Below, one piece after another: positions 1 to 10,373 of a DNA stretch of 41,501 nt. The stretch is from Octopus sinensis (Eukaryota), in NCBI RefSeq assembly GCF_006345805.1, contig NW_021835791.1:1-41501 (forward strand), in the 5' to 3' direction. The notes below the pieces were generated by a model. That model searched no databases, was not told the DNA's origin, and saw only the letters and a list, made by a program, of their open reading frames with translations. Both the position numbers and the translations under genes were made by a program. Within the stretch, counting starts at the first letter, position 1. Every line of letters starts with the position of its first letter.

Positions 1-183
1 CAACTCATGCTCTCCCCCCCCCCGCCAAATTACTGCCCTTGTTGCAAAATTTGAAACCATTATTACTACTGCCACCATCTACACTATTACTATAGGCTGA
101 AGCGGCTTTAAATTTTGGTGAAGAGCGCTAGTCGATTATATTGATCCCTAGTTGATACTATTTCATAGACAGAGTTGACCCAG

Positions 184-452
184 ACATGGTTGTGTGGTAA
201 GAAGCGTTCTTTCCAACCGTGTGTGTGTCCTTGGGTCTATGTTTATCTTCCACCTCTGATTAACAACCGACTTTGGTGTGTTTACGCCCCTGTAACATAG
301 CGGTCCAGCAAAAGACCCCAATAGATTGGGTATCTCTCTTAAAAAGGAGATAAGTACTGGGGGTGGGGTGGATCGATTCATTCGACTATAAATTCTTCCA
401 GGCAGTGCTCCAGCATGACCGCAGTTCAATGAATACAACAAGTAAAAGATAA
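184..452 (+). mobile_element. tRNA-derived SINE, degenerate head, tail GGCAGTGCTCCAGCATGACCGCAG...AAGTAAAAGA (family N in this report)
   Basis: Same tail motif recurs at 2196-2330 (-), 10088-10140 (+) and 35046-35262 (-). Confidence 0.65.
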
Positions 453-551
453 CTATAAAAAAAAGTTGAACCTGGTGAGATTTGTATTTGTATTTGTATT
501 TAGAATGTTAAATACCAGCTGACACGTTGTCTGACGCTTTAACGATTCGAT

Positions 552-1367
552 ATTATTTTTCTCTAGGCACAAGGCCCGAAATTTGGTGGGAGGGGACCAG
601 TCCATTAGACCGACCCCAGTACGCAACTAGTACTTAATTTATCGACCCGGAAAGGATGAAAGTGAAAGTCGACCTCGGCGAAATTTGAGCTCAGAACATA
701 AAGACAGACGAAATACCGCTAAGCATTGCGCCAGGCGTAATAACGTTTCTACCAGCTCGCCGCCTTTAAGAATCTTTTCTACCCTAGGCGTAAGGCCCGA
801 AATTTTGGGGAAGGGGACCAGTCGATTAGATCGACCGCAGTACGCAACTGGTACGTAATTTATCGACTCTGAAAGGATAAAAGGCAAGGTCGATCACGGC
901 AGAATTTGAACTCAGAACGTAAAGACGGACGAAATATCGCTAAGCATTTCGCCTTGCGTGCTTTCGTTCCTTTTTCTTTATTGCCCACAATAGGCTAAAC
1001 ATAGATGGGACAAACAAGGATAGATAAAGGGATTAAGTCGATTACTGGTACTAAATTTATCGACCCCGAAAATATGAAAGGCAAAGTCGACCTCGGCGGA
1101 ATTTGAACCCAGAACGAAAGACAGACTAAAATACCTATTTCTTTACTAACCACAAGGGGCTAAATACAGAATGGACAAACAAGGACAGACAAACGGATTA
1201 AGTCGATTACATCGACCCCAGTGGGTAACTGGTACTTAATTTATCGACCCTGAAAGGATGAAAGGCGAAGTCCACCTCGGCGGAATTTGAACTCAGAACG
1301 TAACGGCGGACGAAATACCGCAAAGCATTTCGCCCAGCGTGCTAACGATTCTGCCAGTACGCCGCCT
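552..1367 (-). mobile_element. Cluster of four head-to-tail tRNA-derived SINE copies (family M in this report)
   Basis: Four copies of TCGACCCCGAAAGGATGAAAGGCAAAGTCGACCTCGGCGGAATTTGAACTCAGAAC. The reverse complement gives a B box GTTCAAATTCC and a head AGGCGGCGAGCTGG(C/T)AGAA; heads end at 765 and 1367. Confidence 0.9.
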
Positions 1368-1810
1368 TTTAACGATTCTATATTATCTCACCGCATTGGC
1401 TCGACTACAAAACAAAACAGAGGAAAGGCTAAATTGTTCTTCTCTCTTCATGAAAAACCGACAAATATAAAAGCAAGGCAGAGGTTTACAGATAATAGTG
1501 AAACGAATGGAGAAACATCAAGAGAAAGTATTAAAGTATGAAAACCTTTAATTAAAAAACGCGATTACTTAATGTCATGCTAAGATATTGACGAATAATA
1601 TAAACACGGTTATATAAATAATAATTTCAATAAACGCATCTGTACTATATATTCATTTTATGCGTGCACGCGCATATATATTGTGTATATATATATGCAT
1701 ATATATTGTGTATATATATATGCATATATATGCAAACGGCGGTGCATCATCATGGCCGCAGCTCTGAGCTGAAACTAGAAAAAAAAAATATATATATATA
1801 TTGTGTGTGA

Positions 1811-2130
1811 AGGCGCGTGGCTTAGTTGTTAGGGCGTTCGGCTCACGATTGTAAGGTCGTGAGTTCAATTCCCGGCGACGCGTTGTGTCCTTGAGCAAGA
1901 CACTTTATTTCATGCTGTTCCAGTCCACTCAGCTGGCAAAAATGACTTGTACCCGTAATTTCAAAGGGCCGACCTTGTCACACTGTGTGTCACGCTGAAT
2001 CTCCCTGAGAACTACGTTAGGGGTACGCGTGTCTGTGGATTGCTCAGTCACTTGCACGTTAATTTCAGGAGCAAGCTGTTCCGTTGATCGTATCAGCTGG
2101 GACCCTCGTCGTAATCGACGGAGTGCTCCT
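1811..2130 (+). mobile_element. tRNA-derived SINE with CORE-like central segment
   Basis: A box TGGCTTAGTTGTT, B box GTTCAATTCC, then TGTGTCCTTGAGCAAGACACTTTATTTCA, which is shared with 37741-38072. Confidence 0.8.
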
Positions 2131-2133
2131 TAT

Positions 2134-2135
<2 letters not shown>

Positions 2136-2190
<55 letters not shown>
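2136..2190. repeat. (TG)n microsatellite
   Basis: Direct reading. Confidence 0.95.
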
Positions 2191-2195
<5 letters not shown>

Positions 2196-2198
<3 letters not shown>

Positions 2199-2330
2199 TT
2201 ACTTGGTTCAGTCATTTGACTGCGGCAGTATTGGAGCACCGCCTTTAGTCGGACAATTCGACGCTGGGACATAAACAAACCAGCATCGCTAGTCAAGCGA
2301 TTGGGGTGGGGGACAAACACAGACACACAA
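2196..2330 (-). mobile_element. Partial SINE, family N
   Basis: TTCAGTCATTTGACTGCGGCAGTATTGGAGCACCGCCTTTAGTC is the reverse complement of the family N tail. Confidence 0.7.
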
Positions 2331-2390
2331 ATTTATACACACACACACACACACACACACACCACACACATATATATATATATATATATA

Positions 2391-2546
2391 CACGACAGGC
2401 TTCTTTAAGTTTCCGTCTACCAAATCCACTCACAAGGCTTTGGTCGGCCCAAAGCTTCAGTAGAAAGCACTTGCTTAATGTGTCACGCAGTGGGACTGAA
2501 CCCGGAACAACGTGGCTGGGAATCAAGCTTCTTACCACATAGACAT
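2391..2546 (-). mobile_element. tRNA-derived CORE-like SINE (family C in this report)
   Basis: Reverse complement reads GGTTCAGTCCCACTGCGTG...AAGTG...GGCCGACCAAAGCCTTGTGAGTGGATTTGGTAGACGGAAAC; ends in a (TA)/(TG) tract. Confidence 0.85.
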
Positions 2547-2639
2547 ATATATATATTTCATATTTAGCTTCTGTCAGTCATTAGACAGCGGCCAGGCTTG
2601 GGCACATCCTTACACACACGCACACACACAGGTATATAT

Positions 2640-2799
2640 AGGCGTAGGTGTGTATGTGTAGTTAATAAGGTTATTTCCCAAACACGTGGTCTTGGGTTCA
2701 ATCCCATTTCCCAGCACCTTGGGCAAGTGTCATCTACTATAGCCCATGGTCAATTAAGGGCTTTTGATTGGATTAGGTAGACAGAAACTAAAAGCGTCA

Positions 2800-2802
<3 letters not shown>
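2640..2802 (+). mobile_element. Family C SINE
   Basis: GGTTCAATCCCA...CACCTTGGGCAAGTGTCATCTACTATAGCC...GGTAGACAGAAACTAAAAG, followed by (TA)n. Confidence 0.8.
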
Positions 2803-2851
<49 letters not shown>

Positions 2852-3070
2852 ATATATATATATTGTGTGTGGTGTGTGTGTGTTGTTGTGTGGTGTTGTG
2901 TATGTGTGTGTGTATGTGTGTATGTGGTGATGTGGTGTTATTGTGTGTACATATATTATATGTATATATATGTGTGTATATATATATATGCATATATATG
3001 TATATATATACGTGTGTGTGTGTATATGTATATATATGTATGTATATGTGCGTGTGTATGTGTGTGTGTT
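2803..3070. repeat. Compound (TA)n/(TG)n microsatellite
   Basis: Direct reading. Confidence 0.9.
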
Positions 3071-3821
3071 TCTCTATTCGTTCTTTTCTTTTAAATTATT
3101 AACAATGGAAATGATAAAAATTCACCGGGGAAATTGGCACGAAATTGGGTTTAGAAAAAATGCGCGAAAGTGACCTTTGAGGTAAGAAAACATATTGAGA
3201 TAAAGGAACAAAGATAATAGAGATGAAACAGAGACGCGGAAGATACTCAAATTAATGACCTAAGTACAGTAGGGCACACACGCATGAACAAAAAGGCGAT
3301 GAAGGTGTATTTCAGATGTATTAGATTAACACCTTAGACCGCGTCAAATGCCAAAAATAAGGCAATAGATATGAAGGCTCTAGCTGTCCCAGTAAAAAGT
3401 AATAATATTACTCAGTATGGCTATGTGCTTCAGAAGTTAATTTTGTAATCATGTTATTCTGAGTTTGATACCACTCCATCCCCAAAAACATCTTCATGAG
3501 TGAAAAAAAAGAACCCCAAAAAAAATTTACTTTTTCCATAGTATTTCGTCGGCCTAAGCCTTTTGAATGGAATGACTGAGTAGAGATAGAAATCCTATAT
3601 TAAATTCTTAGATGGACAGGTAAGGAGAGCGACAGAACCATTTGCGCGTCGAACAAAATGCTTAGCGGCAAATTTCATCGATGTCAACTTTGCCTGTTAT
3701 CCTTTCTTGGTCGATAAAATAAAGTACTAATTTCAAGTAGGAGCCGTAGTATAATCGCACGGTAATTTATTCAATCGGGGAACACCGGTTTGAAATGAAT
3801 ACTTGCGTAGTTCGGTACTTA

Positions 3822-4205
3822 CTGTGTGGCTGGTTATTCCCATGAAAACATCTGTCAAATGTGAGCATAACAGACCGGATATTGTTATTTGGAGTGGCAA
3901 AAGTGTGTACCATCATAGAGGTCAGCTGTCCTGCAGATATAAATATCGATTTGAAAATATAAGAAAAAGAGGTTATCTATGGACAACTACTTCGAAGCCT
4001 CCAGCATCTATATCTAGACAATGAATTCATATTCATGGTAATAATAATTGGAGCACTAAGTTTTGTTAGTAAATGCTTAAAGGAGAATCTGGATAAACTA
4101 GGATTTTCAGAAAGAGAAATCGACCGACAAATTTGTACATTATAATTGCAATCTATAAACGGAACAGTAAAAATATACAAGACTTTTCTCAAGTTCCAAA
4201 TGTGA
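3822..4205 (+). pseudogene. 3' fragment of a non-LTR retrotransposon ORF with a restriction-like endonuclease (RLE) domain (R4/NeSL/CRE type)
   Basis: VIPMKTSVKCEHNRPDIVIW, then a frameshift near 3903 into CTIIEVSCPADINIDLKI*EKEVIYGQLLRSLQHLY...IIIGALSFV...GTVKIYKTFLKFQM*. This matches the RLE pattern PD..I.EV..P...K.EK..Y...IGALG. Confidence 0.85.
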
Positions 4206-4299
4206 TTTTTGTCAGTGTTAACTATATCCCAAAGATGGAGTCTTATATCTGTGTTGGAAGATTTATAATAGTGGAAGATTTATAATAATTAAAAAACAT

Positions 4300-4830
4300 A
4301 CATACATACGTACATGCGTGTATACACACATACAAACATACATATATATATGCACATACATACACAAACTTACTCATATATGCACACTAACGCGACTCAC
4401 ACTCACACGTATACATAAACACATATATGTGAGTGTATATGTATATATTTATCTATATTTGTATATATACGTATACCTACATACACACACACACACACTC
4501 ATATCTGTTTGTGTATGTATGTGCATATATGTATATTCAAACATATTCCAACATATATGTATAACTATACATGAATATGCACATATATATATGTGTGTGT
4601 ATGTGTGTGTATACACACACACAACACATATATACACGTATATTTATGTATGTGTGTGCATTTGTGTGTTTGTGTTTGCGTACATATATGCATGTGTGTG
4701 TATGCAATTTATATATATATATAGACACACACACACATATATATATACATACATATATATATATGTATATATATATGCGTATATATATATATATATATAT
4801 ATAAGCCGCTACGTATGTACGTATACATGC
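4300..4830. repeat. Degenerate (CA)/(TA)/(TG) low-complexity tract
   Basis: Direct reading; source of the YI/HT/CV pseudo-ORFs. Confidence 0.9.
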
Positions 4831-5281
4831 CGGTGAGCTTGTATGCGTATATGCGTCTTTTGCAACAGTTTCCATCTGGTATCGTGTGTTGAAACAGATA
4901 TTGTTGTCTCTTGGCAGAGCTGTCCGTCTTTGCTAAAGATAAAACGTTAAATCTTTATAGATGCACAGAGATCAGAGTGGAGGTCAGGATGGTGCGTTAA
5001 GAGAGACTTTGATACTGATAACCATATCATTAAATAATAATCACAATCTGTGTGTTTGTGTGTACCTAATTATCGATAAGGATGGGTCTTTCCGAAGTAC
5101 GATACACAAGACACGCAGCCACAGCCGCAGGGACACACAGACACACACACGAACACACACGAAAACACACACACACAGTTAGAGAGGGAGAGAGAGAGAA
5201 AAATGTTTAGAAAGATACGTGAATGTATAAAATATATATATACAGACATTTGTATATATGCGTCATATATATATATCTATA

Positions 5282-5318
<37 letters not shown>

Positions 5319-5342
5319 GCATATATATATACACACATATAT

Positions 5343-5373
<31 letters not shown>

Positions 5374-5595
5374 GCTATATATATATATATACATATACAT
5401 ACATACACACACGTATATATAGTGCATTGATTCATATTAACGTAGGCAGTACGTTTTAGTTCATGCATTTTAACATATAATCACTGAGAGTACACCACAA
5501 TTCAAGAGGTAGTCGGAGCTATGACTTATGAGCAAGTTAAAAAAAAAAAATGGTGGCAAAGTGAACTTCTGAACTACTCGGCCATTTCTTTATAA

Positions 5596-5713
5596 TGACG
5601 TGTCTTCTGTTTCTGGAACTGGTGTTGCTTTGTGTTGTTGAATAAAAATCATCGTTTCACGTTGCTCCTTTGTACGAAGCTGCAGACTAGCTCCAAAAGT
5701 GTCTCCTACCATA
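5596..5713. repeat. 118-bp segment duplicated at 11181-11298
   Basis: Two mismatches between the copies (CTGT/CAGT, AAGT/AATT). Confidence 0.95.
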
Positions 5714-6109
5714 GTCTCGGGCCAACCAAACCCTTGTGGGTGGATTTGGTGGACGGAAACTGAAAGAAGTGCAGCTAAGCATTTCACCCGGTGTGCTAAC
5801 ATTTCTGCTAGCTCGCCGCCTTAGAATCATTACTAGATTGTTAAACGAGATGTCCCTCCTCCGTTTTGGTACAATACAATAAAAGTATTAGAATGGTTTT
5901 GTGGCTATGATGACAAATATTTTTGTGTATTTTCAGTTTGGTGTCGCTAACTTTTGAAAATCGTTCATTGTTAACCTCTTTACTGCTAAGCTCTGGATTT
6001 CGTTAACATTACAACAAACGAATCCGATATCAGTACAATCTCTTCTGTTGCTTGAAAATGACTCCTGGGTAAAAAATAATCTAAAAGAAATGAACAAAAC
6101 AAAACAAAA

Positions 6110-6717
6110 ATAGCGATAAAATTACGATAATTCTGCCTTCAAATTGACTGCAAATCTAAATTAATAAAATAGTTCTTCAGATTAATGTCCTGCTATTTCC
6201 CAGAGCTGTATCTTCAGTGTAGATGTTCTAAAAGTTAGCTACACAGCATACAAAAACTTCGTAATTTCTATCAGATGTTCCAATGCTTGTCTCGAATTCA
6301 AATCCTGCACCAAACTGTAACTTTGCTAATCCTGATAACTCTCTCTTAGATGGCAACTGCATTCAGAAGACTAGGAGACCTTAGTTTACGATGCTATAGC
6401 GCATTTAAACAACTCTTGTGCCTCGAAGTTATATATTGAGCTAACAGACCATAACTTTAAGACGTGAATCTACCATCATAATCATTTGTTTGTTAGCACT
6501 ACCAACAAGCGTTTCGACTGCTTTATCAGAGCATTTTAAACTTCACCGAGGAACAACCGTCCACACGTGTAGTATAGCTTGATTCATTCTGGATCACGCT
6601 TAACCATATCATTTTGTCTAACTGACAAAATGCTTACATCTTAAAAAGAATTCAGTGAATTAAATAGAATGACCAAAACTTAAAGCTTCATGCCGAACGA
6701 TAAACCTTTTTGCCTAA
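6110..6717 (+). pseudogene. Degenerate Penelope-like element ORF C-terminus (linker plus GIY-YIG endonuclease)
   Basis: Across frameshifts and stops: FFRLMSCYFP / LKVSY / CNFANPDNSLLDGNCIQK / LVYDA...LYIELTDHNFKT*IYHH / STALSEHF / CSIA*FILDHA*PY / SCRT. The order matches the PLE pattern FLKLIDKHFP..VKISY..CNC...CPLDGKC..VY.A..YIG.T...FK.R..NH..ST.LS.H..Y.I.W.IL..A.PY..CRH. Confidence 0.8.
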
Positions 6718-7234
6718 TTATGTATCTAATTGATATACATAATATGACTTATGAGAGTACAGCGTCACTGAAATGTTGCATCAGATTTTCTAGTTTATGA
6801 ACTGTTTCTGAGGAGTTCTTATCATTATTTGCTTAACACACGTATACACGCATATATTGTATATCGATACGAGTTGGTATCTGTGTAACACACATATACA
6901 TGCTGTGGTATCTGCATGTTGTGAATATATTGTGGACATCTTCGTATGTGTGTATAAGTGGTTGTGTATGTACATGTAAAAATGTGTGTTTGCATTAATA
7001 TGTATCTGTTTATGTATATAATAAATAAATGTAAGTCATTTACGTATATCTATATATATATAATATATATATATAATATATATTATATATATTATATATA
7101 TATATATATATTGTTGTATTCGGGGATGGGATTTTTGCCAAATAGACACACCAATGCGGTCAAAAACTACTAAAAATAAACAAAATTTTACCGAATGCAA
7201 AACTTCAAAACACATCATTTTAAAAAAGAATTCA

Positions 7235-7298
7235 GTTACATATCACATGTGATTTCACATTTAATGCAGAATATGCATTTCATGTTCGTCAGTGCAAC
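7235..7298 (-). ncRNA. Type I hammerhead ribozyme motif (array 1, inverted copy)
   Basis: Reverse complement: GTTGCA-CTGACGA-stem II (10 of 12 bp paired)-GAAA-TCACATGTGA (palindrome)-TA-TGTAAC; 6-bp stem I. Confidence 0.85.
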
Positions 7299-7695
7299 AA
7301 ACTCAAGAAATATAAGAAAAAACATAAAATTACAAACTCGATAGCCCAACCGTAGAATTCGTCGTAGCATGTACGAATGATTATCCTTACATATCTATGA
7401 AAATGGCGGGCTTTTTCGCAATGCATTTCGGTACAAATTGCCTAGTCGGAATAAAACTTCAGTATTGAACATTCCGGTGAAAAAATATAAATTAACAATT
7501 GAGGATAAAATCTTTAAAAGAAATTATCAGTAGTTCAATACGAATTTTTATCCGACTAGGCAATTTGTAACGAAATGCATTGCGAAAAAGCCGCCATTTC
7601 ATAGATATGTAAGGATAAACATTCGTACATGCTACGACGATTCTACGGTTGGCTATCGATTTGTAATGTTAGTTTTTTCTATATTTCTTGAGTTT

Positions 7696-7756
7696 GTTGC
7701 ACTGACGAACATGAAATGCATATTCTGCATAAATGCGAAATCACAGGATATGTAAC
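7696..7756 (+). ncRNA. Type I hammerhead motif with damaged stem III
   Basis: Core CTGACGA 7702-7708 and GAAA 7737-7740 are intact; stem III reads TCACAGGA instead of TCACATGTGA. Confidence 0.65.
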
Positions 7757-8184
7757 TGAATTCTTTTTTAAAAAAGATGTGTTTTGAAGTTTTGCATTCG
7801 GTAAAATTTTGTTATTTTTAGTAGTAGTTTTGACCGGCATTGGTCCCTCTTAGCGTGTTAGTATCTACGAATAGTAGTACCTCAATATAATATAAATGAA
7901 TATTTTCAAAGAGGAAGAATTTACGGATTTTCTCTTACGAGGATTTTCACGCTGACTACTGATATTTATTTTAAGATTTTATCCTCAATTGTTAATTATA
8001 TTTTTCACCGGAATAGTTCAATACTGAATTTTTATTCCGACTAGGCAATTTTTTACCAAAATGCATTGCGAAAAAGCCCGCCATTTTCATAGATATGTAA
8101 GGATAGACATTGTACATGCTACGACGAATTCTACGGTTGGCTATCGAGTTGTAATGTTATGTTTTTCTTATATTTCTTGAGTTT

Positions 8185-8248
8185 GTTGCACTGACGAACA
8201 TGAAATACATATTCTGCATTAAATGCGAAATCACATGTGATATGTAAC
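8185..8248 (+). ncRNA. Type I hammerhead ribozyme motif (array 1)
   Basis: GTTGCA 8185-90, CTGACGA 8191-97, GAAA 8227-30, palindrome TCACATGTGA 8231-40, cleavage triplet AUA ending at 8242, TGTAAC 8243-48. Confidence 0.85.
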
Positions 8249-8787
8249 TGAATTCTTTTTTAAAATGATGTGTTTTGAAGTTTTGCATTCGGTAAAATTT
8301 TGTTTATTTTTAGTAGTTTTGACCGCATTGGTCCTCTTAGCGTGTTGTATCTACGAATAGTAGTACCCTCAATATAATATAAAAGAATATTTTCAAAGAG
8401 GAAGAATGTACGGATTTTTTCTCTTACGAGGTTTTCACGCTGACTACTGATAATTTCTTTTAAAGATTTTATCCTCAATTGTTAATTATATTATTATATA
8501 TATAATTTCAACAATTGAGGGTACAAATTAATAATTAATCAATTTCACCAAGTATTCAGTATGCAAAGGGACCATTTAAGGCGAATTCAAATTATTACAT
8601 TATATAAAAGGGCTTAGTAAAATAATTATTTGCCGCATACTGAACTCATTAGAAATAGCAGCTAAAAAATCTTTTTTAAAAACTATTTTTCCAATACTTA
8701 AAGAAATCTCTCTCATATAGTGCTTGCTCAATTCAACTCACGAAAGTATGGGGGTAAGACATTAAAAAATCAAATGCAAAGGTTATT

Positions 8788-8841
8788 TGAGAAACGTACG
8801 TTTCAAGATTAGTCAAAATCGACACTTCTATCATCAGCTCA
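8788..8841 (-). ncRNA. Type I hammerhead motif (array 2, inverted copy; one extra U at the cleavage site)
   Basis: Reverse complement: TGAG-CTGATGA-26 nt-GAAA-CGTACG-TTT-CTCA. Confidence 0.65.
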
Positions 8842-9256
8842 GAACTCCCTGGTTTGGATTTGAAAACACTGAAAGTGGGAGCATACCTTTTCGGCTGTTA
8901 TCGCTTCTGAAGATCTGCTCGAAACTAACAGTGCCAACAAACTCAAATATGCAAGCGAAGAATTTCTGCTCTCCCCTTTCCACCAGCGTGGGTTAAAATC
9001 AGCAAACACTATTCTTTTTTCGGTAAAATCCGAGGCATTAATAATTCATCTCTCTCTAATTATGCCTCGGATTTTACCGAAAAAACATAGTGTTTGCGGA
9101 TTTTAACCCACGCTGGTTGAAAGGGGAGAGCAGAAATTCTTCGCTTGCATATTGAGTTTGTGGCACTGTTAGTTCGAGCAGATCTTCAGAAGCGATAACA
9201 AGCCGAAAAGGTATGTCTCCCACTTTCAGTGTTTTCAAATCCAAACCAGGGAGTTC

Positions 9257-9309
9257 TGAGCTGATGATAGAAGTGTCGATTTTGACTAATCTTGAAACGT
9301 ACGTTCTCA
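9257..9309 (+). ncRNA. Type I hammerhead ribozyme motif (array 2)
   Basis: TGAG / CTGATGA 9261-67 / imperfect stem II / GAAA 9294-97 / palindromic ACGTACGT / GUU cleavage triplet / CTCA; 4-bp stem I. Confidence 0.75.
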
Positions 9310-9809
9310 AATAACCTTTGCATTTGATTTTTTAATGTCTCTACCCCCATACTTTCGTGAGTTGAATGAGCAAGCACTATATGAGAGAGAGTTTCTTTAG
9401 TATTGAAATAGTTTTAAAAAGATTTTTTAGCTGCTATTTCTAATGAGTTCAGTATGCGGCAAAGTAATTTATTTTACTAAGCCCTTTATATAATGTAATA
9501 ATTTGAATTCGCCTTAAATGGTCCCTTTGCATACTGAATACTGGTGAAATTGATTAATTAATTAATTTTACCCTCAATTGTTGAAATTATAATTCATCTC
9601 TCTCTAATTAATGCCTCGGATTTTACCGAAAAAAGCATAGTGTTTGCTGATTTTAACCCACGCTGGGTGGAAAGGGGAGAGCAGAAATTCTTCGCTTGCA
9701 TATTTGAGTTTGGTGGCACTGTTAGTTTCGAGCAGATCTTCAGAAGCGATAACAAGCCGAAAAGGTATGCTCCCACTTTCAGTGTTTTCAAATCCAAACC
9801 AGGGAGTTC

Positions 9810-9862
9810 TGAGCTGATGATAGAAGTGTCGATTTTGACTAATCTTGAAACGTACGTTCTCA
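9810..9862 (+). ncRNA. Type I hammerhead ribozyme motif (array 2, second tandem copy)
   Basis: Identical to 9257-9309; CTGATGA 9814-20, GAAA 9847-50. Confidence 0.75.
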
Positions 9863-10305
9863 AATAACTTTTGCATTTGATTTTTTAATGTCTCTACCCC
9901 CATACTTTCGTGAGTTGAATTGAGCAAGCACTATATGAGAGAGATTTTCTTTAAGTATTGGAAATAGTTTTAAAAAAGATTTTTTAGCTGCTATTTCTAA
10001 TGAGTTCAGTATGCGGCAAAGTAATTTATTTTACTAAGCCCTTTTATATAATATATATATATATATATATATGTAAATAACCTACATTAAGGCGGTGCTC
10101 CAGCATGGCTCCAGTCAGTGAACTGAAAAAAGTAAAAGGATATATATATGTTTGTGTGTACACGTATGCTGCATGTTTCTTTATTTTCTACGCGTTATGT
10201 ATCCCTGTTCTCGAATTTATTCTCACCTGAACATCTAAATATATGCCCGTGTATATAACAATGTATAAAAATTGTGTGTGTGTGTGTATATATGTATGTG
10301 TATAT

Positions 10306-10373
<68 letters not shown>

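Larger units (their letters stand above)
7151..8492 (+). mobile_element. HHR-bearing Penelope-like pseudo-LTR or retrozyme array 1: inverted copy (7151-7534) plus partial tandem with about 490-bp period (7531-8492)
   Basis: 7151-7534 is the reverse complement of about 7955-8331. The tandem period is visible at 7981/8471 and at HHR cores 7702/8191. Flanked by TA-rich tracts at 7051-7110 and 8491-8503. Confidence 0.8.
8502..10050 (+). mobile_element. HHR-bearing Penelope-like pseudo-LTR or retrozyme array 2: inverted copy (8502-9042) plus partial tandem with about 550-bp period (9041-10050)
   Basis: 8502-9042 is the reverse complement of about 9059-9590. The unit restarts at 9591; HHR cores at 9261 and 9814; the array ends in (TA)n. 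Confidence 0.8.

Noticed and set aside
6495-6550. Minus-strand CTGATAA...GAAACGC hammerhead-like string
   Set aside because: The core is wrong, there is no stem II, and it lies inside the GIY-YIG coding fossil.
9048-9057. ATCTCTCTCT at the fold-back turn resembles the start of the PacBio SMRTbell adapter
   Set aside because: Only 10 nt match, the adapter loop is absent, and the same string recurs at the direct tandem junction (9596-9605), so it behaves as part of the unit.
7151-10050. Repeated blocks considered as a CRISPR array or a DNA transposon with TIRs
   Set aside because: No short repeat-spacer pattern and no cas genes; the asymmetric inverted+tandem geometry without a TSD does not fit TIR elements.
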